A stretch of DNA of 64,000 nucleotides from Methanotrichaceae archaeon (GTDB lineage: Archaea > Halobacteriota > Methanosarcinia > Methanotrichales > Methanotrichaceae). The position numbers and the translations under genes are program-made. The stretch lies in NCBI GenBank assembly GCA_963813075.1, contig CAWEXU010000004.1, positions 32,001 to 96,000 on the forward strand, given 5' to 3'. Shown piece after piece: positions 10,523 to 21,524 of this stretch. The stretch's first letter is position 1. Every line of letters begins with the position of its first letter. The notes under the pieces are model-generated. The model was not told where the DNA came from, ran no database searches, and worked only from the letters and a program-made list of their open reading frames with translations.

Positions 10523-11624
10523 CTGAAAACGGCTGCGAGACGGAAGGCAAGGCAGTGCATAAGTCGGTCGACTTCAGAAAGAGGGATGAGTATCCAAAGC
10601 TATTGGCCGGGGCGAAGCCCAATGAAAAATGCCTGCCCTGCCTGCTCTGCGAGCCTGTCTGCCCGACAGAAGCGATTAAGGTGACCTTTGACCGGACCCG
10701 AGAGGATTTTGGACCTCTTAGGGAGGAGGTCAAGGGGAAGATCTCCATCGATCAGGAGAAGTGCAACCTCTGCGGACGGTGTGCCAAATTCTGCAAGGCC
10801 TTCCTATTAGTCGATAAAGTTGAGAAGGATCGGGATCCCCGCAATCTGGTGCCTTATGAGCAGTTGCTGATAGACGAGGATCTGTGCGACTACTGCGGTC
10901 TGTGTGTCCCCCTCTGTCCGGAGGAGGCGATAGCGTTGAGGGCGAGCCTCTGAAGCAGGATGAGGAGCCGAAGATCGAGGGCAAGATAGAGGTCGACGAG
11001 AGCCTGTGTATCGGCTGCGGCCGGTGTGCTCAGGTCTGTCCCTATGAGGGCATGGATGTGTCCAGGCCCTTCCAGGGGGAGATCAAGATGGTGGAGAAGA
11101 ACCTGGGTCGATGCGATCCCCTGGGATGCCTGGCCTGCTTCAATGTCTGTCCTGCCAAGTGCTGGTATGTGGACGAGCGGGGCAAAGCCGCTCCGGTGGA
11201 GGATCAGTGCATTCTCTGCGGGGCCTGCGAGAAGGCCTGTCCAGTCTCGGCGATTGATGTGCAGCGGTCAAATGTCAGCCATACGGAGGTAAAGGAGACT
11301 CCCTGGGCAGAGGAATGGAAGGAGGCGATCAGCACCATATTGACCGGCGAGCGGAAGGTGCCGGACGTGAGCGGTGCTGTGGTCCCGCCGGAGATCGAGC
11401 GGACGCCTCTCCCCCCTCCGGAGATGCCCAGAATGGACCCCGAGCTCCTCAGGATGGTGGATGAGGCCTTAAAGCCGCTGGTGCCGCTGCTGTCCAAGCC
11501 AAAGGTTCGTCAGATCATGGAGAATGAGCCGCCGGATAAGGCGAGCCAGAAGATCGTAGAAAGGCTTCAGGAGACAGAGGCAAAGAGGAAGAAGGCAATG
11601 GCGCAGGATGCGGGGGCGGAGTAA
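10519..11624 (+). CDS. Polyferredoxin (frameshift ~10935)
   Basis: About six CxxCxxCxxxC motifs across ORFs 10408..10953 and 10884..11624. Confidence 0.85.
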
Positions 11625-12179
11625 TGGGCACAGTAATGGCCACAGCAATGGCCACGGCAAAAGACGAGGATTTCAGGAACGAGGTCTTGCGCCTGGCAGG
11701 GGACGAGGTCAGGACCTGCATTCAGTGCGGCACCTGCTCCGGCCAGCTGTCCCACCGCCCATCTTATGAATCCCAGCATAAGAAAGCTGGTCAAGCTCTG
11801 TCTGGAGGGAAGACGGGAGGAGGCACTGCATAATGAGACTCTGTGGCTGTGCACCTCGTGTCTATTGTGCACAGTGCGCTGTCCGCGGGGGATAAGGCCG
11901 AAGATGGTGGTATCGGCGCTCAAGGAGCTGGCGGACAGGGAGAAGATAGTGAGCCCTGGCCAAAGCTACGACCACCTCTTCAATAAGCAGATCGAGGAAT
12001 TCGGCCGGATCAGCGAGCTTCCTCTCATCATTGAGTTCTTGCTCTCCTATCCCCAGGGGACGGTTCAGTCCATGAAGGTGGGCCTGGAGCTTCTCCCCAA
12101 GGGAAAGATAACCCTGGATAGAGAGCAGGTTAAGAGAAAGGATGAGGTCAAGAGGATTATGGAGGAGCTGGGCAAATGA
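11624..12179 (+). CDS. hdrC: Heterodisulfide reductase subunit C (frameshift ~11745)
   Basis: CIQCGTCSG + LWLCTSCLLCTVRCPRGI. Confidence 0.9.
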
Positions 12180-13021
12180 AGCTGGCCTACTATCCGGGAT
12201 GCGTATCTTTGTCCACAGGAAAGGAGATGGACCGATCCACCAGAGCGGTCTTTTCCAAACTAGGAATCGAGCTGGAGGAGCTGGAGGACTGGAACTGCTG
12301 CGGGGCAACGCACGTCTCCAATGAGATGGTGGCAACGGGCCTTGCTGCCCGGAACATGGTCCAGACGGAACTGGATATAGTGACCTCCTGCTCCATCTGC
12401 TACAGCAACCTCAGGGCGGCGGCCATCAAGCTGGAGGATGTGGAGCTCAGAGCTAAAGTGAATGCCGTCCTGGAAAAGGAGTACAAAGGAGCAAAGATTC
12501 GCCATGCTCTGGATGTGATCCTGGAGGTCCTGGAGAAAGATGACCAGGGGATTGTGCTGCCTTTAAAGGAGCTGAAGGTGGCCCCCTATTATGGCTGCCT
12601 GCTCTCCCGCCCTGTGGGGGTGTACAGCCCGGAGTTTCCCGTGGTCTTAGAGAAGTTGATCCGAATTTTGCAGGCGGATGCGGTTGACTTCCGGCTGAAG
12701 ACCTTCTGCTGTGGCGGGCCGATATTCATGCCCAAGGAGGAGGCGGCTGATGAGACTGCCTATCGAATTTTAAGAGATGCCAGGAAGGCGGGGGCGGAGG
12801 TCATAGTGACGGTCTGCCCTCTGTGCCAGCTAATGCTTGACACCAAGCAGAGGTCGCTGGAGCAGCAGCATGGCGAGGAGATAGGAATTCCGGTCCTCTA
12901 TGTGACCCAGCTGGTGGGCATTGCCCTGGGTCTCGGGCCGGATGAGCTGGGGCTGGATATGAATTCAGTATCGCCCATGCCGATGATGGAGCGGATATAC
13001 GAGAAGATGGCAGAAGGGTGA
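12176..13021 (+). CDS. hdrB: Heterodisulfide reductase subunit B
   Basis: YYPGC, WNCCG, CSIC, YYGC, CCGG, CPLC (two CCG domains). Confidence 0.95.
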   Translation: MKLAYYPGCVSLSTGKEMDRSTRAVFSKLGIELEELEDWNCCGATHVSNEMVATGLAARNMVQTELDIVTSCSICYSNLRAAAIKLEDVELRAKVNAVLEKEYKGAKIRHALDVILEVLEKDDQGIVLPLKELKVAPYYGCLLSRPVGVYSPEFPVVLEKLIRILQADAVDFRLKTFCCGGPIFMPKEEAADETAYRILRDARKAGAEVIVTVCPLCQLMLDTKQRSLEQQHGEEIGIPVLYVTQLVGIALGLGPDELGLDMNSVSPMPMMERIYEKMAEG

Positions 13022-13135
13022 AAAAGAGGGGTGAAAAGAGCCCCTCGCCCCAGGTCCTGCAATAGCCACCTCTTCATAGCAGATCACCGACATGGCTGGA
13101 GGCATTCCGCCGGCCACGATATATGTTCCTTAATG

Positions 13136-14053
13136 CTATGGCTTTTGTGTTTTAATAAATGTACCGTTATTGTACTCCTCGAAGGCAACACGCAACTCGT
13201 CTTTGCTGTTCATCACAATTGGACCGTACCATTCAACCGGCTCGCCGATCGGCCTTCCAGAAAGCAGCAAGAACCTGACGGGATCCGTTTCGGTGAAGGC
13301 CAGAACCTGATCGCCATCTCCGAAGAGGACAAGGTCTCCATTGCCAAGGGAAGCTTCTCGATTCATATCGAAGTAGTTCGCGCCCTCCATCTCATAAGAG
13401 AACGGTTTCTTCTCCCGGCAAAAGTACCCCCTTCCGTCGATGACATAAGCAAATACGGTATGTCCTCGCTTGGTAGGATGCACATATTCCCTTCCGGCAG
13501 GAACAGTTATGTCCAGGTATTCTGGGTCGATGATAATATCTCGCACCGGTCCCTCTTTATCTGCAATTTTTCCGCAAATGACCTTGATCTTCGTGCCGTT
13601 TGGAAGCACTGCTTCAGGGATCTGGTCATTCTTGATATCTCTGTAGCGGGGATCCATCATTTTGTGGGACCTGGGCAGATTGGCCCACAATTGAAAGCCA
13701 TGCATCTTGCCGTCCGGATCTCCTTTGGGCATCTCCTGGTGGATGATCCCGCTTCCCGCCGTCATCCACTGCACATCGCCTGATGAAATATCGCCCTTGT
13801 TTCCCATGCTGTCCGCATGTTCGATATCCCCGCGAAGAACATAGGTGATCGTTTCTATGCCTCTATGAGGATGCCAGGGGAAACCCTTGATATAATCTTC
13901 CGGATTGTCAGAACGAAAATCGTCCAGCATCAGAAATGGATCGAACAATGGAACCTGGCTGTACCCAAATGCTCTTCGCAGGTGCACTCCTGCTCCTTCA
14001 ATCGTTGGTCTACTTCTGAAGACCCTGGCTATTTTTCGGGTTTCATTCATCAT
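13136..14053 (-). CDS. Pirin family protein
   Basis: DPFLMLD, GFPWHPHRGIETITY, WMTAGSGIIHQE, QLWANLP. Confidence 0.95.
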   Translation of the reverse strand: MMNETRKIARVFRSRPTIEGAGVHLRRAFGYSQVPLFDPFLMLDDFRSDNPEDYIKGFPWHPHRGIETITYVLRGDIEHADSMGNKGDISSGDVQWMTAGSGIIHQEMPKGDPDGKMHGFQLWANLPRSHKMMDPRYRDIKNDQIPEAVLPNGTKIKVICGKIADKEGPVRDIIIDPEYLDITVPAGREYVHPTKRGHTVFAYVIDGRGYFCREKKPFSYEMEGANYFDMNREASLGNGDLVLFGDGDQVLAFTETDPVRFLLLSGRPIGEPVEWYGPIVMNSKDELRVAFEEYNNGTFIKTQKP

Positions 14054-14109
14054 CAAACACCCTTCCAAACATTTAGACGAACAAAATTTGTTGCCTTCTA
14101 CTTTACTTC

Positions 14110-15310
14110 TTATGAGATGAAGCTTTTTGCCCTGCGAATAGTGGGCAGGCAAAAAAGAATGCAGATCTCCCCCGCGCTCACTGCAGGGGCTGATGGAGCT
14201 TCTTTCAGCTCCTCTGCCCTGCCATGAGCGGCCTCGGCCTCCCCGGTCCTTCCCAGGGCGAAAAGGGCATCGCCCAAGCCCAGCCAGGCCTCGGGATAAT
14301 CGGGGTCGATCTCGATGGCCCGATCGAAGGCATCGATGGCATCCTCAAGTGCTTCCCTGGGTGTGCAGAAGACTGCCTTTCCCCTGCCATGGCCTCCGCA
14401 TCATCCGGATCGATCTCTATCGCCGGTCGTAGGCCTTTATCGCTTCATCCTCCCGGCCAGCGTGCCAGGAGAGGGCATCTGCTTTGCCCATCCAGGCCTC
14501 TTTATTCTGTGGATCGATCTCGATCGCTTTGTCAAATGATGCCACTGCCTCATCAATCCTGCTCAGATTTATCAGAGTAAGTGCCCTGCCCATCCAGGAA
14601 TCTATATCCCGTGTATCGATCTCAATAGCCAAGTCAAAAGCTTTCAGGGCATCATCGAATCTGCCCTGATCGCTGAGAGTTTTGGCCTTGCCGCTCCAGG
14701 CAAATGCGTTGTGTGGATCAATCTCAATGGCCCGGTCAAACGCCTTCAAAGCCTCATCGTACCTTTCCTGGGCCTTGAGGGCAAAGCCTTTGCTAATCCA
14801 TGCCTCTGAATTCCCTGGATCGATCTGGATGGCCATATCGAAAGCTTCTACTGCCTGGTCGTATTTGAAAAGAGATATTGTGGCATTGCCCAAGCCCTGT
14901 CGCATTAGCGCATTGCCCTTGCCAATCCAGGCCCAGGAATTCTGTGAATCAATGTCCGTCGCATTATGAAAAGCCTCCAACGCCTCATCATATCTGCCCA
15001 GATTGTATTGTGAAAAGCCCATATCAATCCAGGCTTCTGCATCATGTGGATTGATCTCTATTGCCCGGTCAAAAGCTTTTATTGCTTCATCATTCTCCCC
15101 TTGGTTGACGAGATTACGACCCTTGCTGATCCATCCTGCTGCATCTTCTGGATCGATCTTGATTGCCTCTTCGTTTGCATCTATCGCCTCGCTATTGCAC
15201 TGTGTGAAGGCCAGAACTTGCAGATTCTGATCATTGGATGATATCTGTCCAGATGCAATCATGCATAGAGCCGCTAAGATAATTGAATAGAAGATAAATT
15301 GCCCTCTCAT
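14110..15310 (-). CDS. Secreted TPR-repeat protein (several frameshifts 14270-14430; 3' end approximate)
   Basis: Signal peptide; repeated AW..KG..L...RYDEALKAFDRAIEIDP. Confidence 0.85.
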
Positions 15311-15471
15311 TTTTACCCCTATATCCAATAGATCTGCGTGATGAAATATTTTGTGTGCTATTAAGGATTGGATCTCAACTGGGAACTGTAAATTCCAGAA
15401 AGTTCCGTTAATAGAGCACCTGACAGTATGATCAATGATAAGAGGCCCCTCGAAAGCTTGCTAGGATAGCG

Positions 15472-15920
15472 CTAAATTTCCGATCTCACCACCTCAATTC
15501 CCGCCTGCTCCAGAAAATCCAGGGCCGTCTGGTCGGGGTAGCAGTGCAGATAGACCACCTTGGCCACACGCGCGTTGATCATCATCTTGGCGCAGAGGAT
15601 GCAGGGCTGGTGGGTGCAGTAGAGCGTCGCTCCCTCGATGGATATGCCGTGCATCGCCGCCTGGATGATGGCGTTCTGCTCGGCATGCACCGCCCGGCAT
15701 AATTCGTGACGGGTGCCCGAGCCACGCCCTCCCGCGCGCAGCCCATCACATCGCAGTGCTCGATACCCGCAGGCGCGCCGTTGTACCCCGTGGTCAGGAT
15801 CCTCTTGTTCTTCACAAAGAGGGCTCCCACCTGGTTGCGCAGACAGGTGGAGCGCTTGGCCACCACCGTGGCGATCTCCATAAAGTACTCATCCAGGCCG
15901 GGACGTTCGATAGGGTGCAT
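15472..15920 (-). CDS. dCMP deaminase family protein (frameshifted ~15690-15720)
   Basis: [16 protein letters not shown] + HAEQNA..PCILCAK. Confidence 0.9.
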
Positions 15921-16027
15921 CAGCCTGGATAGCTGCCCTCTTGATTAATAAGCTCTCTTGGAGACTTGTGGCTGTGCTCGGAGCACAACGGAAAGTTAAT
16001 ATCCCCTCCTTGCATCGATTGCGGAAC

Positions 16028-17532
16028 ATGTCTATTCACTGGGCGGATGTCATAGCCGAGAAGCTGGAAGGCTCTGGCCCCCATACCATCGCCACCGGAA
16101 TTACCCCCTCCGGACCGGTCCACATCGGCAACATGCGCGAGGTCATGACCGCAGAGGCGGTCTATCGCGCTCTCCTGGACAGAGGAGTAAAAGCGCGTCT
16201 GATCTACATCGCCGACACCTTCGACCGATTGAGGAGGCTCTACCCCTTCCTGCCGGAGAGCTTCAATGAGCATATCGGCAAGCCCCTCTCGGAGATACCC
16301 TGCCCGAAAGGCTGCTGCGCCAGCTATGCGGACCACTTTCTCAGTCCATTCTTAAAGAGCATGGAGCGGCTCGGCATAAAACCGGAGGTCTTCCGGGCGG
16401 ACGTCCTCTACAAGGAGGGCAAATACAACGATGCCATCAAGACCGCCTTCTCCCGGAAGGACGACATCGCCCGCATATTAAAAGAGGTCTCGGGCCGTGA
16501 CGTTCCCGAGGGCTGGAGCCCGTTTGACGCCATCTGCTCAGTCTGCGGCCGGACGAACACCACCCGCGTTACGGGATTCGACCTGGATGCGGAAACGGTG
16601 GACTATGTCATGCTCTTGCGGCAGCCAGGGCACGGTCCCCATGGCAGGCGGAGGAAAGCTGGTCTGGCGGGTGGACTGGCCGGCCCGCTGGCCCATATTC
16701 CATGTCACTGTGGAGCCCTTCGGCAAGGACCATGCCACCGCCGGCGGCTCATACGATACCGGTAAGCGAATCAGCGAGGAGATCTACAATTATCCCGCTC
16801 CTTTCCCCATGGTCTACGAATGGATCCACCTCAAGGGAGTGGGAGCCATGCACAGCTCCACCGGGATTGTGGTCACCATCCAGGAGATGCTGGACGTCGT
16901 TCCCGCCCGAGGTCCTGCGTTACCTGATCATCCGGAACAAGCCGGAAAAGCACATCGAGTTCGACCCCGGCCTGCCGCTGCTGAGCCTGGTGGACGAGTA
17001 CGACCAGCGAAAAGGGGACGAGAGGGCCATAGAGCTATCCAATGTGAGCAAGAGCGGCCCCTTTGAGATACCATTCAGACATATGGTCACCGCCGTCCAG
17101 ATCGCTCGGGGAGATGAGGAACAGCTCTTCGTCGCCCTGAAGAGATCCGGCTATGATGTCATATCCAGAAGAGAGGAAATCCTGGGCAGAGCCCGGAATG
17201 TGCTGGTCTGGCTGGAGAAGTATGCTCCCCCTTATGTCAAATTCCAGGTGCAAGAAGAGCTACCGGCAGCGGTAAACAACCTCACTCCCTCCGAGCGTCA
17301 GGGCCTGGGGCTGCTTGCCCAGAAGATGGAGGATAAGACCGCCGCCGAGATTCATGATCTGGTCTATGCCGTGGCCAAGGAGATGAACCTGGACTCCAAG
17401 AAGTTCTTCCAGGCGATATACCTGGCCTTCCTGGGAGACAGGCAGGGCCCAAAGGTGGGCTGGTTTTTGGCGAGCCTGGACCGGGATTTTGTCAGGACCA
17501 GGCTGGCTGCGGCATCTGCGTCTTCAGCTTGA
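16028..17532 (+). CDS. lysS: Class I lysyl-tRNA synthetase (frameshifts ~16610 and ~16905)
   Basis: [45 protein letters not shown]. Confidence 0.95.
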
Positions 17533-17565
17533 TGGAGAGGATGGTGAAGGGTGGAAGGGTGAAGG

Positions 17566-18024
17566 ATGGAGGAGATGGCAGATATGGGCCTGGGGCATAG
17601 CCAGAGGCATAGTATCTACCTTTCAGGCCCTCTCTTCTCCGCGGGCGATATCGCCTGGGGAAGAGAGCTCTCTTCCTTTCTGCGCGAGCGGCTGGCAAAT
17701 GCCGGCGTTCAAGTATTCTGGCCCTATGAGCTATCCATAAATCAGCTGGATCCGGAGGAGATATTCCAGGAGAACCTGAGAGCTCTGGACCGCTGCGAGC
17801 TGATGGTGGCCATGCTGGACGGACCCCAGGTGGATGACGGCACCGCCTGGGAGATCGGCCGATTCTTCCATCAGGGCAAAAAGGTCCTGGGGATAAGAAC
17901 GGATATCAGGAAAGGAGGCGAGTCCGATAGCCTCCATGTCAACCTGATGATAGAATGCTCATGTATCTACATAGCCTCAAACATTGCGGAGCTTTATTCA
18001 GAGCTGGAGAGGCTGCTGGAGTGA
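17566..18024 (+). CDS. Nucleoside 2-deoxyribosyltransferase family
   Basis: IYLSGPLF, DGPQVDDGTAWEIG, RTD, NLMI. Confidence 0.85.
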   Translation: MEEMADMGLGHSQRHSIYLSGPLFSAGDIAWGRELSSFLRERLANAGVQVFWPYELSINQLDPEEIFQENLRALDRCELMVAMLDGPQVDDGTAWEIGRFFHQGKKVLGIRTDIRKGGESDSLHVNLMIECSCIYIASNIAELYSELERLLE

Positions 18025-18824
18025 CAACTTCGGAATCCATTGACTCTGCTGAGCCTTTTTCTTCGCCCTCCCATTCCATCACACCAGTCTTCGATGCCCC
18101 TCTCCTCCTGGCAGAGGGCAAAGAAAGCGTCCTCATCGCCTCCGACCTCCACCTGGGCCTGGAGCACGAGCTATGGCTGGGAGGGGTATCCATACCCAGT
18201 CAGACCAAAAAGATCCTCGACCTCCTGAAAGGACACCTGGAAGTGATCAGGCCGGATAGGCTGATGATCTTAGGAGACCTCAAGCATAATGTCCCCAAGA
18301 TCAGCTGGCAGGAGAGACGAGAGGTCCCGGACTTCCTCCGCCAGCTATCAGGCCAGTTGAAGGTGGAGATCATCCTGGGAAACCATGACAGCAACCTGGC
18401 GGATATGGCCCCCCTGGGGGTGAGAGTGCATCCTTCCACTGGTATCCTGCGAGAGGGCAGGGGCTACTTTCATGGCCATACCTGGCCAGACGAGAGGGTT
18501 ATGGGTGCCGGCATTCTGGTGGCAGCGCACCTGCACCCAGCGGTAAGGCTAAAGGATCCGCTGGGCAACTTCCAGACCCATTCGGTATGGGTCAGAGCGC
18601 CCGTCCGTTCCGAGGTGATAAGAGAGCATTACGGCTTTGACTATCAGGGGGAGATCATCATTATGCCCGCCTTCAATCCCCTTTGCGGCGGCCTGGCACT
18701 CAATGAGCCGGCAGAGGATATGCGCGGCCCTCTGCTGGCGATGGCTGACATGGAACGCGCTCGCCTCTATCTGCTGGATGGAACCGATCTGGGTCAGCTC
18801 GCCAGGATCAGGGCGGCCCAGTAG
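18021..18824 (+). CDS. Metallophosphoesterase
   Basis: SDLHLG, GDLKH, GNHD, HGH, HLHP, MPAFN. Confidence 0.9.
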   Translation: MTTSESIDSAEPFSSPSHSITPVFDAPLLLAEGKESVLIASDLHLGLEHELWLGGVSIPSQTKKILDLLKGHLEVIRPDRLMILGDLKHNVPKISWQERREVPDFLRQLSGQLKVEIILGNHDSNLADMAPLGVRVHPSTGILREGRGYFHGHTWPDERVMGAGILVAAHLHPAVRLKDPLGNFQTHSVWVRAPVRSEVIREHYGFDYQGEIIIMPAFNPLCGGLALNEPAEDMRGPLLAMADMERARLYLLDGTDLGQLARIRAAQ

Positions 18825-18887
18825 TGGCCACGATGAACAGCAAGGATTATCAGCTCTTCCTCCGCTTTGCATTCAGGATAAGAGGGA

Positions 18888-19457
18888 TTGAAATTGAATG
18901 ATAGAGATCGACTCCTGGAGCTGCTGATTGAGAGATCGCTGGAGATAAGGCCGGTCACCCTGTCCTCAGGCAGGAAGAGCGACTATTATATAGACTGCAA
19001 AAAGGTTACATTGAGCCCGGAAGGGGCCTATCTTACTGCCAAGCTGATGCTGGAGATCATCCGACCTGAGGTATCAGCCGTGGGTGGTCTGACCTTGGGA
19101 GCGGACCCCATAGTATCATCCATATCCGTCCTGAGCCATCTGCAGGGCAGAGGGCTGGCTGCGCTGATAGTGCGAAAAGAGCCCAAGAAGCACGGCACCA
19201 TGAGCTATGTGGAGGGGCCGGTGCTGGAGAGCGGAACAAAGGTGGCGGTAGTGGAAGATGTTGTCACCTCTGGAGCCTCGCTCTTAAAAGCAATTGATCG
19301 AATTGCCGCTGCTGGCTACGAGCCGGTGCAGGCCCTGGCCATCCTCGACCGCCAGGAAGGCGGACGGGAGGCTATAGAGGAGCGCGGATTCCGTTTGCAG
19401 GCGCTCTATAATCGTGGCGATCTGGGTGTGGATAAGCAGAAGGGCGAAAAACTCTAA
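18888..19457 (+). CDS. pyrE: Orotate phosphoribosyltransferase
   Basis: LSSGRKSDYYID, RKEPKKHG, VVEDVVTSG. Confidence 0.95.
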   Translation: MKLNDRDRLLELLIERSLEIRPVTLSSGRKSDYYIDCKKVTLSPEGAYLTAKLMLEIIRPEVSAVGGLTLGADPIVSSISVLSHLQGRGLAALIVRKEPKKHGTMSYVEGPVLESGTKVAVVEDVVTSGASLLKAIDRIAAAGYEPVQALAILDRQEGGREAIEERGFRLQALYNRGDLGVDKQKGEKL

Positions 19458-19472
19458 AATTTTAGGTGCTCT

Positions 19473-20126
19473 TCAGCGGCTTCGCTCCTTGTCGTGCTCA
19501 GCATAGCGCTCCGATATCTGGTCTGGAGTCTGATCCTCATTCAGGTGAGGAGCATCTTCCGGGCAGTCAGCGCTATAATAGCCGTCCGGGCTCATGGGAA
19601 GGGGACTGTTTGGCATCCAGCCGCTCTGGTTCATCTCAACCCCCCCAGGAGGATAGAATTGAGATGAATTCCCAGGAGCACTGCCGTTTAGTTGAGGCCC
19701 GACGCCAGGGGGCAACATCTGGCCTGGCTGCTGCTGCATAGGCTGGCCAATAGCGGTGACGGGCGACTCCAGGGTCACCTTTCTCCAGTTTCCATCCTCA
19801 GAATACGATACTTGAGAGGCTACAATATAAGTGCCGCTCTGCACTGCTCGTATCGGATAGCTGATAGGAGCGGTTATGCCAGGATATAGCTGCGCGGTCT
19901 GGCCTTCCGGATTGCTGGTCTCAATGCCAGGAGGAAGCCCGGGAGTTATAATCGCCTGAGTGGCATCGCTGCCGTAATAGGTCAGGGTAACTGTAACCAT
20001 TGCATTCTCGCCGACGTTTACCGACGGAGGAACACTCTGTCCGGCCGTCAGCTGTGCCGTGGCCGGTCCCATGAATGCCCCGATCGCCAGGAACAAAAGA
20101 ACCCACACCAAACCCAAGTTTTTCAT
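19473..20126 (-). CDS. Secreted hypothetical protein (Ig-like domain, Pro/Gln-rich tail)
   Basis: Signal peptide, beta-rich domain. Confidence 0.7.
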   Translation of the reverse strand: MKNLGLVWVLLFLAIGAFMGPATAQLTAGQSVPPSVNVGENAMVTVTLTYYGSDATQAIITPGLPPGIETSNPEGQTAQLYPGITAPISYPIRAVQSGTYIVASQVSYSEDGNWRKVTLESPVTAIGQPMQQQPGQMLPPGVGPQLNGSAPGNSSQFYPPGGVEMNQSGWMPNSPLPMSPDGYYSADCPEDAPHLNEDQTPDQISERYAEHDKERSR

Positions 20127-20285
20127 CGACCCTCTATTTTTTCCGGCGAGATTTAAAGATAGCTGTCATACGAGATTTATATGAGAGCCATCCCGTGCAT
20201 TGATCACGATTTCTCTACCTGGAGAGGAGAAATTCTCTTTCGCCATACATAAAATACTTATTTGGATTGAAGATATGCATATCTG

Positions 20286-21524
20286 ATGGACGTCTCTTTC
20301 TCTGCCTGGCGGCATTCGCGCGAAGAAAGCTTGCAGCTCAAAGGAGATAGTTTCTCCTTCCTCTTCGATAGGCGTTACACCAATAGGCTCAATAGAATGA
20401 GCCGGGTTTTCTTCGAGGCTTATGTCGTCGCCACCAAAGAGCTGGCCGCGCAGGAGGACCGCTTCCCCAGCCTCAGCGAGATCGACGCAAAGATGGAGAG
20501 CGGCGCTGTATATGCATTCAAGGACCGGCTGATGAAGAACACCGAGTTCTTCGAAGAGGTCAAGATATCCGGCGTCTCCTATCTGGTTCCGCGCGCCCTC
20601 AAATTTGTGGATTCCACAGGCACATATACCGATCTGATCCTGAACTTCGATGAGGGGGCGGTGGTCCTGCCCACGCGCAGGAAAACGCCCTCCCTTGCCG
20701 AGCCGGCGACATCCTCAGATGAAGAGGAAGCGGTCTCCAACGAGCTGGAGGAGGAAACCGAATTAGAAACGGAACCGGAAGAAGAGGCCGCCCCTGAGCC
20801 CAGACAGGAATCCTATTCCGGTCTATTCGAGAAGACGTGGATAGCCATCGCGACGGAGAATGGTGCCGCGGATGTTGCCGAGGCTCCTGTCGCGAAGGCG
20901 GAGGAGAAAGCTCCTCCCAAGGTCGCCGAGCCGGTCCCAGCCACTCCTTTAACGGCAAAGGAAACGCCTATGCCCCCCGCAAAAGCAAGAATGAGCAAAG
21001 AGATGTTGATCGCCATAGTGGCAGGTTTAATCATACTGATAGCGGTGGGGGCGTATCTATTCTCCGGCGGTTTTCCAATAAACGGCCAGGTCTCCAACGG
21101 CTCTGGGAAGCCTTTGATCTTTGTCGATTACTCTGCTTATCTGGTCAATTCCAGCAATGAAAGCTATCTTGGCTTTGACATGAGCAATCCCCAGGGAATG
21201 CCCAATGAGATTGAGATGAAGCTGCCACCAAATATCGATGAAAGCATTAGCGCCCGGGGAGGAATAGTGACCATAGCTCATGGAGCGGACACCCTGGTGA
21301 GGATGAACTCCAGTACCGATGCCAGCGTGAAGATATATCTGCTGAACAACTGGACCCAGGTCCCTCTGACCCTCAGCTTTTCGGGCGCTGAGGACTATGA
21401 TACCAACCTGCAGGTTTATGGCCAGGATTACCTTGTCACGCGCAAGAACGATACCCTGATCTTAAACTTGAATTTGACCGGGGATGGCTTGAAGTTTGAG
21501 CAAAGCTACGCCAAAAAGAGCTAG
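20286..21524 (+). CDS. Membrane-anchored hypothetical protein with acidic/Pro-rich linker
   Basis: 412-aa ORF, single TM (MLIAIVAGLIILIAVGAYLF). Confidence 0.7.
   Translation: MDVSFSAWRHSREESLQLKGDSFSFLFDRRYTNRLNRMSRVFFEAYVVATKELAAQEDRFPSLSEIDAKMESGAVYAFKDRLMKNTEFFEEVKISGVSYLVPRALKFVDSTGTYTDLILNFDEGAVVLPTRRKTPSLAEPATSSDEEEAVSNELEEETELETEPEEEAAPEPRQESYSGLFEKTWIAIATENGAADVAEAPVAKAEEKAPPKVAEPVPATPLTAKETPMPPAKARMSKEMLIAIVAGLIILIAVGAYLFSGGFPINGQVSNGSGKPLIFVDYSAYLVNSSNESYLGFDMSNPQGMPNEIEMKLPPNIDESISARGGIVTIAHGADTLVRMNSSTDASVKIYLLNNWTQVPLTLSFSGAEDYDTNLQVYGQDYLVTRKNDTLILNLNLTGDGLKFEQSYAKKS

Noticed and set aside
11624..11660. 12-nt tandem repeat at the hdrC start (MGTV-MATA-MATA) and purine-rich run at 17530-17580
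   Set aside because: Low-complexity start-region duplications with no evidence of function.
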